A stretch of DNA of 63,754 nucleotides, filler included, from Octopus bimaculoides (GCF_001194135.2; 6 parts of 6 records of this genome joined end to end with filler, not necessarily neighbours in it); one strand, 5' to 3'; counted from the whole stretch's first letter, positions 25,888-39,164 are shown. A program made the numbers and translations. The notes: generated by a model not told the origin, from the letters alone.

Positions 25888-26204
25888 ACACCTCCTCCAG
25901 CAGGCTATTGACACACCTTCTGTGTCCTATCAGTATTTGCAAAGGGAAGCTATCCTTACCATCGTCGATCTGATGTGATACGCACGGACCCAGATTTCTA
26001 GGTATTTACCCGTCGTCAGCGCACGACAATCACCAGTTTTCGATGCAAAGGAGTCCCAATGCAAATACATATATCCTTTTTCTAGTGACGAAGAGTCACT
26101 TATCTCGAAAGAGTGTCGTCAGGTCGACGATGGGGAGGATGGCTTCCCTTTGCAAATACTGATAGGGCACAGCAAGTGCATCAGTAGCCAGCTGGAGGTG
26201 GTGT
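25888..26204. repeat. ~87-bp inverted repeat pair (25888-25974 / 26117-26204) related to F1
   Basis: Arms align as reverse complements, e.g. CCTATCAGTATTTGCAAAGGGAAGC / GCTTCCCTTTGCAAATACTGATAGG; shares TCAGTAGCCAGCTGGAG with 11747-11763. Confidence 0.85.
25981..26025 (-). ncRNA. Type I hammerhead ribozyme (F1-related), core intact
   Basis: CGUGCG-CUGACGA-C-GGGU/aaau/ACCU-A-GAAA-UCUGGG-UC-CGUGCG: stem I 6 bp (2 GU), stem II 4 bp, GUC site. Confidence 0.7.
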
Positions 26205-26777
26205 ATTTGACTTCAGTATATTTCAATTTTGTCGCGCATTAATATCTTTGTCTTTACGGTATTTGTACGTTCTCCCTACAATATTACTTATTTTAAATTC
26301 TTGGTGCTCCGTCTATCTAAATACACTATTTACATTTCTCCTTCTATGAGAAAACGTTTTACGTGCGGACGTACATGCGTACGTATGATCGTTATGGGCC
26401 ACATACAACCGATAATTTTTTATTACTAACCAATGAGATTTCAACCAAGCCACTGAGCGGCCATGCGCTAGAAAAAGCTATCCTAAAGCGGGTCAAGTTT
26501 TTTCACTCAAGCTATTTTCTTCTTGAGAATCAAGACTATTGAAAAGTTTGTAAGACAACGAAAATTTTAGGAAAATAAAAATAAGGAATAAGTGGAAATT
26601 TTACCAGTGAGTATAAAGTACAAAAAGAAAATGACTGCCCAGACACAACAGGATATATATATATATCTTCATATATACATGCAGGTAATTGCAATGGAAA
26701 TCGAAGTAGTGTAAATATTGAGTTAAAAGGTCATTTGGATTGAAAATGTCGAAGTACATGCATACATGTATATACAT

Positions 26778-26808
<31 letters not shown>

Positions 26809-27164
26809 TATATGTATGTATGTGCGTATGCATTAGTTTGCATGAATTTAGTCTAAACAATATATATTTCCCCATGAGAGAAAGAAAGAGGGAGAAAGAG
26901 TGTGCGTGTGTGTGTGTGTGTGCGTGTGTGCTTGCGTTTGCGTTTGATTAATGAAACGTAATTATATTCTCTACTTATCACAGGAAATTAAAATCTTGTA
27001 ATATTTACAGTGCCATAAATGCTAACTAGAAAAACCATATGTCTGTTGCTATGCCTACGATACCCTTTTTCTTACAGACACACACACACACATACACACA
27101 CATATATATGTATATCTATATGTAGTATTTATATTATTATATATTATTATACAATAGTATATTA

Positions 27165-27268
27165 TCCTTTTTATTCTAAGCTACAAGGCCCGAAATTTTT
27201 GGAGAGGGTTCCAGTCGATTAAATCGACCCCAGTACGCAACTGATACTTAATTTATCAACCCCGAAAG
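27165..27268 (-). mobile_element. SINE family B 3' fragment
   Basis: Matches the body and tail of the other copies. Confidence 0.7.
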
Positions 27269-27329
27269 AGAGAGAGAAGAGAGAAATAAACATAGAGAGA
27301 GAGAAATAAACATAGAGAGAGAGAAAAAG

Positions 27330-27548
27330 GAGAGAATCGGTTGACAATTTTAGAGGTTGTTTGAAAAAAATCTGTGCAAAACACCGTTTTTTACAGTTTC
27401 TCACTTTAAGCGGGTGCTATGGATAAAATGTTATAGTGCATGATCATTCTTGTAATGTGTATGTAAAGTTTAATGAAAATCGGTTGAAAACTGTAGAAAT
27501 GCATACGTACTACACACAGAATCCTTTGTTTTATATATATATATAGAT
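27330..27548 (-). mobile_element. Helitron/HINE-like 5' terminal fragment
   Basis: Minus strand begins ATCTATATATATATATAAAAC...TATGCATTTCTACA...CCGATTTTCATTAAACTTT, resembling the 8382 terminus. Confidence 0.45.
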
Positions 27549-27592
27549 TATATAATTTTATATACACATACACACACACATATATATGTGTG

Positions 27593-27632
<40 letters not shown>

Positions 27633-27644
27633 TGTGTGTGTGTG

Positions 27645-27684
<40 letters not shown>

Positions 27685-27686
27685 CA

Positions 27687-28015
27687 TATGCGGGGCACAC
27701 GGAGGGAAATTTTAAAGCAAGTTTCAATAATTACACCTTAACTTTCAGACACTGGGATAAAAGAAAAACTACCAAATTATCCAGTCATATATGGTTTTTA
27801 AAAGAACAAGGTGTCAGCTATAAGATTTACTGGAAAATCTTGGCCAAGTGTAAGCCTAATACTAACGGTAGTGGCAAGTGCGGTTTTTGTGACATGGAAA
27901 GATGGCTGATCTGGAAAAGTTCCTTGGACTTCGCTACATGTCTAAATTCAAGAACTGAACTTTGAGGATCATGTCCACATGTGACAAAATACCTCCACCA
28001 AGATCGCCGATAGGA
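27687..28015 (+). mobile_element. Penelope-like element GIY-YIG endonuclease fragment
   Basis: YAGHTEGNFK...KLSSHIWFLKE...WKIL...KCGFCDME...LNSRTEL*GSCPH: the Cys-containing C-terminal pattern of PLE endonucleases. Confidence 0.85.
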
Positions 28016-29631
28016 TCCGCATTTTTACTGTTCTTGCACAAGCTTTCCATATTTCTTGACATTTTTTTTATTGTTTCATATATATTTTTTCATTTTTCTT
28101 TTTAATTGTGTGATGGTGTACGTGTGTGAGTATATGTATATGCATGTATATATTAAATGCGTATGTGTGTTCGTATGTATATATGTGTACGCATGTATGT
28201 ATGTATATGAGTGTAGGACTGTACCCGGTGCATAAGTGCGACTTTCATGCCCATGTCCGCTTCTTTTATACGGATATGCATATGCTTGTATATCTGCACT
28301 TGTAGGTGTGTGATAGGAGGATGTATATGTATACACACACACACACACCTATATATATATATATATATATATATNNNNNNNNNNNNNNNNNNNNNNNNNN
28401 NNNNNNNNNNNNNNNNNNNNNNNNNNNNNNNNNNNNNNNNNNNNNNNNNNNNNNNNNNNNNNNNNNNNNNNNNNNNNNNNNNNNNNNNNNNNNNNNNNNN
28501 NNNNNNNNNNNNNNNNNNNNNNNNNNNNNNNNNNNNNNNNNNNNNNNNNNNNNNNNNNNNNNNNNNNNNNNNNNNNNNNNNNNNNNNNNNNNNNNNNNNN
28601 NNNNNNNNNNACACACACACACACACACACACACATATGTATACATTTATGCGTGTGTGAATGTGGTTATGTGTATACGTATGAGTACGTAATGCACATA
28701 TATGTTTTTGTGTGTATATGCATGTACATATACATGTTTGTGTGAGTGTGTATGTATGTAGACAATATGAAAGCAGGAGGTTATATGTCTATGTATTGTG
28801 AAAATATGTTGGCATGTATTTTTTATCTTTTGTATTTTTGTTACGTATTAGAGTAACTTCCTTTTTATTCAACGGTTTTTCATAGCGTCTATTGCCATTA
28901 TTATCCGATGAGGAGAATGCATCGTAGCTCTTAGCGCCAGCATTTGAGACTCCCAGTACTGTTATGACAACTAACTGATTGACCTAACTATATATATATA
29001 TATATATATATATGGCAAATGAAAGACGGACGATGGAATATAGGAGAATGAATTATAAATCACAATTGTTTCGACACATCTAGCATCGATCCATCACGGG
29101 TGGGACACTCAACAACTGGTAGGGGAGTATACGGTGATGCAGATGTATCTCATCGGCTAATAAATAGACACACCTCGTTAAAATAGTAGTTCCGGTATGT
29201 AACTTCTCGTTCTGTAGAAAGAAAAGCACCCAGACGGAGGAAATGTCATGATTTACATAGAAGATCAAAAATAAGATCACACGTGGAAAAAAGAGTAACG
29301 AATGCGCAATACACCGAAAAAAGTATTAAAATTAACCGTTAACAAATATCGATGTATAAACGCCCTCGAGCAAGCTGCATGGTGCGAGTGCACTCGCTCA
29401 CACAAGCATCCGCGAAAATGTGAGCATACACACATGTGAGGTTTGGTGCACTCGCGATCACATAGCCAGTTAACTATCTACTTGGTATTTGTAAGAAAGG
29501 GGAGGTTAATAGTAAACTTAAGTCATCCATACCTAAAAGTAAATTATGTTAACAGTTACTTAAAATTCATTCCCAATGCTTGTGCGAAAGTACAATTATA
29601 TGCGTGTAAGCATCTCGAAAGACTGAAAGCT

Positions 29632-29778
29632 GCCGAGTTCAAATTCCACCAAGATCGACTTTGCATTTTATCCTTTCGAGTTCGATAAATTAACTACCAG
29701 TGAAACACTGGGGTCGATGTAATCGACTCATCTCCATCCCCAAACTGGCTGCCCCTGTGGCAAAATTTGAAACCATTA
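29632..29778 (+). mobile_element. SINE family B
   Basis: GAGTTCAAATTCC B-box plus family body. Confidence 0.75.
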
Positions 29779-30600
29779 TTATTTTATTATCTTTGCCCAG
29801 CTTCTAACGCTAGAGTCGTACTACGGTGTCAGCTAACACTCCTTATTTTTCGAGCACCATCCGGAATATTCGATCGGTTCCAAGCAGTGCTGTTTACTGC
29901 AAGTGCTCTACCCGTATTGCAGCCCTTATTTGTTCCGTGTACTACTTAAGATTTTTACTCACGGTTCCCTGGCCTCCGACAATTATTGGTACTACTACCA
30001 CCCTTTTCAGCGTCCACAGCTGCTTAACCTCCCACGCAGACCTATCATATCTATCGACATTTCTTTCTTCTATATCGAATACCTTGTTGGAAGCTGGGCA
30101 TGCTATATCTATGATCCAGCACCGTTTGCTTTCTTTCTCAATTAACACTATGTGTGGTTTCCTGTCTCATGGTCGCACTGAATCATAAAATTCCATAGGA
30201 TCTTTGCATTATCATTTCGATGATGACTTCGGGTTTATGTTCGTACCAATAGACAATCCTTTCTATGTTGTCATGACGTCTCTTATATTACTTCTGGGCT
30301 AGCGGCGTCCATTGGCTGGTAATATGTCATAAGGTTTCACCATGTTGTCCACAAATTCTGGACTTATCACTTTCTGATGTGTTGTCTATTCTGTATTTGA
30401 TGTAATCGGTCCTTAATGCTTACGTATTGTATTTCATTTTCTAAAAGAATTCATTTACGGGAATAGCGTCGATTTCTCTTCATTTAAATTTACACAAGTG
30501 TTGTGTCGTTGATGTTTAGTGGATTATCATTTCTTGATCTGAGGGAACGCAATGAAAAAAAGATGCAATTCAACATTATCATCCCAATACATATGGGAAT
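29775..30600 (-). mobile_element. R4/Dong-like non-LTR retrotransposon 3' fragment (restriction-like endonuclease)
   Basis: RICGQHGET..HI, YKRRHDNI, LIEKESKRCWIIDIACP, YDRSAWEVKQLW, VVVPIIVGGQG, GTARILRMVLE; TAA-rich tail. Confidence 0.85.
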
Positions 30601-31925
30601 TCAAATGTATACGAATCGATAATATCACATGTATGTGTCTGTCTGTCCATGTATGTGTGTGTATATATATATGCGTGTGTGTCTTTGTGTGCACGCGCAT
30701 GCGTGTAGCGGTGAATGAAAAGTAGCTTATATTTTAGACATGCCGCATTAAAAATACGACTGTTTCATATTGATGTTCTTTTTAATGTTTTTGTAGGATT
30801 TCCTTTGAAAATCTGGAAACATTTCTTGCAAATGATAAAACTAAATTATTGTCGAGTACTCTATGCATCGTATGTATGTATCTGTATATGTACACATATA
30901 TACATACAGAGGGAGAGAGAAAGAGAATAAAAGACTATATATTTGTGTATATATATATATATATATATATNNNNNNNNNNNNNNNNNNNNNNNNNNNNNN
31001 NNNNNNNNNNNNNNNNNNNNNNNNNNNNNNNNNNNNNNNNNNNNNNNNNNNNNNNNNNNNNNNNNNNNNNNNNNNNNNNNNNNNNNNNNNNNNNNNNNNN
31101 NNNNNNNNNNNNNNNNNNNNNNNNNNNNNNNNNNNNNNNNNNNNNNNNNNNNNNNNNNNNNNNNNNNNNNNNNNNNNNNNNNNNNNNNNNNNNNNNNNNN
31201 NNNNNNNNNNNNNNNNNNNNNNNNNNNNNNNNNNNNNNNNNNNNNNNNNNNNNNNNNNNNNNNNNNNNNNNNNNNNNNNNNNNNNNNNNNNNNNNNNNNN
31301 NNNNNNNNNNNNNNNNNNNNNNNNNNNNNNNNNNNNNNNNNNNNNNNNNNNNNNNNNNNNNNNNNNNNNNNNNNNNNNNNNNNNNNNNNNNNNNNNNNNN
31401 NNNNNNNNNNNNNNNNNNNNNNNNNNNNNNNNNNNNNNNNNNNNNNNNNNNNNNNNNNNNNNNNNNNNNNNNNNNNNNNNNNNNNNNNNNNNNNNNNNNN
31501 NNNNNNNNNNNNNNNNNNNNNNNNNNNNNNNNNNNNNNNNNNNNNNNNNNNNNNNNNNNNNNNNNNNNNNNNNNNNNNNNNNNNNNNNNNNNNNNNNNNN
31601 NNNNNNNNNNNNNNNNNNNNNNNNNNNNNNNNNNNNNNNNNNNNNNNNNNNNNNNNNNNNNNNNNNNNNNNNNNNNNNNNNNNNNNNNNNNNNNNNNNNN
31701 NNNNNNNNNNNNNNNNNNNNNNNNNNNNNNNNNNNNNNNNNNNNNNNNNNNNNNNNNNNNNNNNNNNNNNNNNNNNNNNNNNNNNNNNNNNNNNNNNNNN
31801 NNNNNNNNNNNNNNNNNNNNNNNNNNNNNNNNNNNNNNNNNNNNNNNNNNNNNNNNNNNNNNNNNNNNNNNNNNNNNNNNNNNNNNNNNNNNNNNNNNNN
31901 NNNNNNNNNNNNNNNNNNNNNNNNN

Positions 31926-31963
<38 letters not shown>

Positions 31964-32499
31964 CATGTATATGTATAATTTTCTACTCTATTATTTCCTT
32001 GAAAAAATTTTTTCCCAGGCGTTACTCATTACAGTTCATCTTCGCCTAACGGCCCTTAATATTTGTCTTCGTCGATTGTTTACTTTGTTTGACCACTCTT
32101 CCGTTGTTTGTTCGTTCGAAGCTCTAACTCTCCATTTTATTTATGTATGCATATATATGTCCATATATGTATGTATATATGTATGTACGTATATATGTAT
32201 GTACGTATATATGTATGTACGTATATGTAAATATGTGGATACATGTAGAGATACTTATGTATGATAAACATATTTGTGTCTTTGTATCTGTGTGTATGTC
32301 TTTATACATGTGTGTATACGATTGGCTAGTTGTGCCTGAGTGGATAGATAATTAACTTATAACCTGATTCGTTCTCTCGGCTTCCGGTTATGTCATTCTG
32401 CTTGGTTTTACTTCCGGGGGGAAATTTCTGAAATGAACGTTAAAAGCAAAACGCAATAGAGTAGAAGAGACAGACAAATAGGTAGAGAGAAAGAGAGGA

Positions 32500-32790
32500 G
32501 AAGAGAGAGATAGAAACGGTGAGAGAGATAGAAACAGTGAGAGAGATAGAAACAGTGAGAGAGAGAGATAGAAACAGTGAGAGAGAGATATAGAAACGGT
32601 GAGAGAGAGAGCGACCATGTAAGAGGAACTGGAAAAAACGATAGAAATACAAATAAGAAAGATACACTGACAAACACAGAAATACTGGAGACAGACAGAC
32701 AGACAGACAGACAGAAAGAGACGGACAGACAGACAGAAAGAGACGGACAGACAGAAAGAGACAGACAGACAGAAAGAGACGGACAGATAG
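32500..32790. repeat. GA-derived 18-bp minisatellites and (GACA)n
   Basis: GAGAGAGATAGAAAC(A/G)GT x5 and GACAGACAGAAAGAGACG-type units. Confidence 0.85.
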
Positions 32791-34002
32791 AAAAAATGTG
32801 GGAGTGTTTTTTATAGATATATGTATATCTAACTGTGAATGCCTGTGTATGTAGATATGTTTGCATATGTGGTTGTGTTGTGTGCGTGTGTGTGTGTATG
32901 CGCATGCGTGTGAGCCTGTGTGCGTTTGTGTGCGCTATTCGACAGAGGATGACGAGTGATGCATCGCTTCAGTATGGTGACAACAAATAAGAATGCCATC
33001 GTGAAATACAGATATACATGAATTATTATTTAGAGATGCGTAAATATATATATANNNNNNNNNNNNNNNNNNNNNNNNNNNNNNNNNNNNNNNNNNNNNN
33101 NNNNNNNNNNNNNNNNNNNNNNNNNNNNNNNNNNNNNNNNNNNNNNNNNNNNNNNNNNNNNNNNNNNNNNNNNNNNNNNNNNNNNNNNNNNNNNNNNNNN
33201 NNNNNNNNNNNNNNNNNNNNNNNNNNNNNNNNNNNNNNNNNNNNNNNNNNNNNNNNNNNNNNNNNNNNNNNNNNNNNNNNNNNNNNNNNNNNNNNNNNNN
33301 NNNNNNNNNNNNNNNNNNNNNNNNNNNNNNNNNNNNNNNNNNNNNNNNNNNNNNNNNNNNNNNNNNNNNNNNNNNNNNNNNNNNNNNNNNNNNNNNNNNN
33401 NNNNNNNNNNNNNNNNNNNNNNNNNNNNNNNNNNNNNNNNNNNNNNNNNNNNNNNNNNNNNNNNNNNNNNNNNNNNNNNNNNNNNNNNNNNNNNNNNNNN
33501 NNNNNNNNNNNNNNNNNNNNNNNNNNNNNNNNNNNNNNNNNNNNNNNNNNNNNNNNNNNNNNNNNNTGTGTGTGTGTTAGAATTATACAATTAGTAGCAG
33601 TGTTACTCCCCGGCAAGATATTAAATCGAAACAGTCGTTGGTCCGCCTCAGCTGACATTAAGCTAGTCATCCATTCACTATCATATACTGAAACTGTGTC
33701 CTACTGGGAAGTAGAACACCGCAAAACACACACACACACACACGCGCGCGCACTCACATATACATGTGTTTGCGTGTGTATGTGTGCGTTTGTGTATGTA
33801 CGAATATGTGTATATGTATGTATATGTCTGTGCGTGTGTATGTGTGTGCGTGTGCGCGCGTGCATGTGCATGAGTACGTATGTATGTATACAGAAGACAT
33901 GCCGGAAGATATAGTCGCATACCAACATAGGCTCACATACACACTATATACACACATATGTAGTTGCGCGCATAATACGTGCATATATGCAAATACGTAT
34001 AT

Positions 34003-34041
<39 letters not shown>

Positions 34042-36006
34042 NNNNNNNNNNNNNNNNNNNNNNNNNNNNNNNNNNNNNNNNNNNNNNNNNNNNNNNNNNN
34101 NNNNNNNNNNNNNNNNNNNNNNNNNNNNNNNNNNNNNNNNNNNNNNNNNNNNNNNNNNNNNNNNNNNNNNNNNNNNNNNNNNNNNNNNNNNNNNNNNNNN
34201 NNNNNNNNNNNNNNNNNNNNNNNNNNNNNNNNNNNNNNNNNNNNNNNNNNNNNNNNNNNNNNNNNNNNNNNNNNNNNNNNNNNNNNNNNNNNNNNNNNNN
34301 NNNNNNNNNNNNNNNNNNNNNNNNNNNNNNNNNNNNNNNNNNNNNNNNNNNNNNNNNNNNNNNNNNNNNNNNNNNNNNNNNNNNNNNNNNNNNNNNNNNN
34401 NNNNNNNNNNNNNNNNNNNNNNNNNNNNNNNNNNNNNNNNNNNNNNNTATATATATATATATATATATGTATACGTATTTGCGTATACATACAACCACAC
34501 TCATGCAAATACACATGATAGTTTAAAGGTGGATCCTGCGTCGGTTTCGACGAGGATCGCTGTATTTCTTGACTGACTGACTGAAGTACCATCTCCTTAA
34601 ATTAACGTAAAATGGCTGAGCACTCCGTAGGCATGTGCCCTCTAAAAATAATTGACACGTTTGATCAATGATAAGCACGGTGTGACAAGCCTGGTCCTTT
34701 ATTTATCGGGTGGTCTTACGAAAATAATTTCCATCTATTGTGCTTTTATTCCGTGAGCAAAGCTATATTTAACTCAACACTGTGGCATAAGGTATTTTAG
34801 CTCCAGAAGCCACATCTTGGGATCGGGCCTGTAATTATGAGGCAACTGTAACGCTCCTCTGGTGGCACAATGTGTTAAAGTGAAGCAGTTATCGATTAAT
34901 GTATATGCGTGAGTTTGCGCTTCAACGGCGGAGGGCTTATTTTGCGAGGTAATGGTTCAAACGCGATCTAGTCGAACGGTTTTCTACAAAAACGTGATTC
35001 AATTCGCCGCATATGATTTTGTCTGTTTTTACAATAGTGGTGGCCACGCATAGGCACAACTCTCAGGGTTGTAGTTGATCCAATCAACGGAGCAGCCTGA
35101 TCATGAAATGAACGTGCATGTGGCTGATCATTCCAATGATAGACACACCCTTAATATAGTTCTTAGAAAGATCCAATGTGATACAGACTGTGTCAAGATT
35201 TAAATTAAGGATACAACTCATTTTTGCCAGCTGCATGGACTGGAGCAACGTGAATAAGCCACGCACCTTCACTGTCAAAGAGTAAAAAAAAGTTACACAC
35301 AAGCAACAACAAACATGATAGAGGCATAGTAAGAACTTCGAGATCGTGAAATAATTATTGTTAGGAACAGTGAATTTCGAATCAATTAAAACTATAAATT
35401 TGGGGTTAAAAACTGTTTGGATCACGGACAGCCTTCTACTTCTTCTCTCAATAGGGTTTTCAACTCAATATTTACATACTAGTTATAGCTTTATATACTT
35501 CAAGATTCATTGTTCCTAAAAAAGAATTATGACAAACATGTTTATATAAACATCTTAGCTGTTATATATCCTCAAGGTACTCTGACTTAAGTTAGGTTTA
35601 AAATTTAGGATTAGGGTTTAGAGTTAGCTTAGGGTTAAAGGCAGAGTTAATAGAGTAAAGGCCAGGTAGAACGCTCACCGAAGGGTAAGTGGCCAGGTAT
35701 ACCGCTCGTTAATGTGGTACCAAGAAGACAACTGGATGGATTAGTTGTTTATACGAATAACACAATGAATAACTTGCCCTGTTGCATGTTTCTCTTTCCA
35801 TACATAAAATCTAGTTGCAAAATTTCGCTACGGTAGACAATATTAGCAGTAATTTTCCAATTCTGCGTAGGATGGGTCAATAAATAAATCTTACCTGATC
35901 AAAGTTTTGGACGCGTGACGAGAGATAAAATCGTTTGTTAGACATATACACGTTTCTAAATCCACATCTATTTTCGTACATTGCAAGCACCCCCTACACA
36001 CACATT

Positions 36007-36040
<34 letters not shown>

Positions 36041-36436
36041 ACGTAGACGCGAGTATACTTGTGGGTGTGTGTGTGTATGTGGGTGTGTGTGTGTGTGACA
36101 AAAATCCATGTGATTACACTGCGATGTTGGTCATGTTGATAAGGCGTTCTTCGTCTCGATTACCTCTACACGATTCGATTCCACGACAACACGTTTTACG
36201 CTTTCAGTTACAGATAGAGAATTAGATGAAAACAATGGCATAGAAGCAACAAGAACGCACAGAGATTGACAGAAAAAGTAGCACACCCACATACATATAT
36301 AGACACATACATATATAGACACATACATATATAGACACATACATATACATATGTATGTATGTATGTATGTATGAGCATTAGGTCCTCCTACGCTGTTCAG
36401 TGCGGTGAGCGGCTGTATATATGCAGATGTATACAG

Positions 36437-36476
<40 letters not shown>

Positions 36477-36641
36477 AAATATATAATGCAGAGATAAATA
36501 TGTAGGATTCTATGTATGTATGTATACATGCAAGTATATATATGTGAATGCATACATGTATATATGGGACAATACAAAGGAAATATCCCAGGGGAAATCA
36601 GATTGGATTGTCAAAAGTAAATATTGAATATACCAATGTGG

Positions 36642-36718
<77 letters not shown>

Positions 36719-37439
36719 TATAGAAAGAGAGAGAGCGAGATAGAGAGGGGGCGACTGAGAATAAGAGAAAGATAGTAAGATGGTAAAGGGACGTTGAAAT
36801 GCCGGATGAGTGTATGGTGCTGTTAGTGGTATGTCGAAATCAATATTGTTCTGCAGTGAGACAGTGAGCTGGTTATATATANNNNNNNNNNNNNNNNNNN
36901 NNNNNNNNNNNNNNNNNNNATATATATATATATATATATATATACATATGTGTGTGCGTGGATTATATACATGTGGGCGTGTGTGTGCATATATATACAT
37001 GTATATATATATATATATATTCATACATACATACATACATACATATATACATATATGCATACATGTGATGTGTTTTTATGTATATGTATATGTGTGTATG
37101 CGTGTATCTTTTGTATACCTTGTATGTAGTTTTATACGTATAAATTTAACGTATAAATTTGAGGATTAATTCGTTCTTTCAGGTGTGTAATTGAGCGTTC
37201 AGTGGTGATTTTTAATTTAAGGTGTAGCAAACAATAAATACGTAACTGAGTTTATTTACATATAAGTAAATGTCAGCATGTATGCATGTAACTATATGTA
37301 TATATAGTTATATATATGTGTGTGCGTGTGTGTGTGTGTGTTCACAAGCAATCATATAGCTGCAAAACCGAGTGGAAATGAATAGTATGTGTATACCAAT
37401 GGCAGAGGAAATTCTATTTTATTAAACCCGAAAAGAACT

Positions 37440-37598
37440 TCAATTTGCTTCTTTGAGTTTCCGTCTACCAAATCCATTCAGAAGGCTGTAATCTGACCGA
37501 TGCTGTAGCAGAAGATACTTGCCCAAGGTGCCACACAGTGGGACTGAACCCGGAGCTATGTGGTTGGGAAGCAAACTTCTTACCACACAGCCACGCCT
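37440..37598 (-). mobile_element. SINE family A 5' half
   Basis: tRNA-like head plus CACCTTGGGCAAGT. Confidence 0.8.
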
Positions 37599-37867
37599 AG
37601 TTTGTGTGTCTGTGTGTTCACAAGCAATCACATAGGTGCAAAACAGAAATAAATAGTATTCGAATATCAATGGCACACACATACAAACGTAACTATACAT
37701 ATTTATATATATATATATTTACATGCACACGTACTAACATCTATATCAGGGGAGTGGGGTGGTAATGTCATCGATAATCATATTAATATAATTCTGCTTC
37801 TCGTTCCATTACTAAGTTATTATCATGTGCGTTAGGCTTTGTTGGGCAGTTTATCACTAAAAATTGT

Positions 37868-38000
37868 TTAGCGCCATTTCGTCCGTCTTTACGTTCTTAG
37901 TTCAAATTCGGCAGCGGTCTATTTTTTTCCTTTCGTCATTTCGGGATCGATAAAATTAGTACCAGTTAAGCACTAGGGTCGATGTAATCGACGACGCCTA
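37868..38000 (+). mobile_element. SINE family B fragment
   Basis: ATTTCGTCCGTCTTTACGTTCTTAGTTCAAATT...GATAAAATTAGTACCAG. Confidence 0.7.
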
Positions 38001-38164
38001 TTCCCTACAAATTTAGTTGACAGGATCGTGTAACAGCACATGCTTATCAATGAATTAAGCAGAATATTATGAATGCAAAATTTTACATACACACACTTTT
38101 TTTGTTTTGGATACATACATTCATATGTATGTACGCTTTTGTATATATATATATGCATATAGGC

Positions 38165-38290
38165 CCGGGCGTGGCAGTGTGGTAAGAAGTTTGCATCTCA
38201 ACCTCATGGGTTAAGCCCCACCGCGTGGCACTGTACACAAGTATGTTTTCTACTATATAGTGGAATTGGTAGAAGAAACTGAAGGCAAAA
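38165..38290 (+). mobile_element. SINE family A 5' fragment with deletions
   Basis: GGCGTGGCAGTGTGGTAAGAAGTTTGC head. Confidence 0.65.
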
Positions 38291-38384
38291 TAGTTGTAGT
38301 ATGTGTGTATACACATACACACAAACATATTTATATATATAAGTGTGTGCGTGTGTGTGTGTGTTTATATGTGTGTGTACATCA

Positions 38385-38688
38385 TGGAATCTTCCGTCGT
38401 CAGACGGTGTATAAGGGTGTCACAATTTCTTGCTGATCAACCACACTGTTCATTTGTTTATAGTGAGCAAATGTTTGTGTTCATATAAGCTCTCTCCTGC
38501 CATCAAATTGATATTACCTGTACAGGTGCACGACGTGTACATTTCAGATGACGAAGTGATCCCAGAGCAACGTGAAATCAAGTGCTTTGCTTAAGAACAC
38601 AACGCAACACACATCCGGTCGGGGAATCGAAACCACGATCTCGGAAGCCTGAGTACAACACCCTAACCACTAAGCTATGCGTCTTCGC
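38385..38688 (-). mobile_element. tRNA-derived SINE (family C)
   Basis: A-box TAGCTTAGTGG and B-box GGTTTCGATTCC on the minus strand, followed by a non-tRNA body. Confidence 0.7.
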
Positions 38689-38711
38689 GCACGCGCACAT
38701 ATGTATGTATG

Positions 38712-38985
38712 CCTTTTCAAAATGGCTGATAGTTAGCAAGGTGAGACACACATAAGAAAGAAGAAAGCAAAGGACCACTGATGAGGTCACAGAAATGTGA
38801 CGAAAGAACTCTGGCCGAAATAGGATTAATGTAATGTAATGTAATATAAAGCTGAAGCAAATTAACACCAAATATACAGTGCGTGTGTTTTTACTGGTTA
38901 AACTGGCAATATGACCATCCCCAAGTACAACAACATCTGTTTCAACACACGATTTCACATCAAAAATCTTGCAAAACAAATCTAT
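38712..38985 (+). mobile_element. ~270-bp hammerhead-bearing repeat (F3)
   Basis: Collinear with 50165-50420. Confidence 0.75.
38773..38816 (+). ncRNA. Minimal type I hammerhead ribozyme (F3), core intact
   Basis: GACCA-CUGAUGA-G-GUCAC/agaaau/GUGAC-GAAA-GAAC-UC-UGGCC: stem II 5 bp perfect, stem I 4 of 5, CUC site. Confidence 0.8.
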
Positions 38986-39086
38986 ANNNNNNNNNNNNNN
39001 NNNNNNNNNNNNNNNNNNNNNNNNNNNNNNNNNNNNNNNNNNNNNNNNNNNNNNNNNNNNNNNNNNNNNNNNNNNNNNNNNNNNNN

Positions 39087-39126
<40 letters not shown>

Positions 39127-39164
39127 TATGCATGTGTGTATATATGTGTCTATGTTTGTACACC

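Noticed and set aside
38620-38688. tRNA gene calls for this and other A/B-box sequences
   Set aside because: They lack a full cloverleaf and run into repeated SINE bodies.
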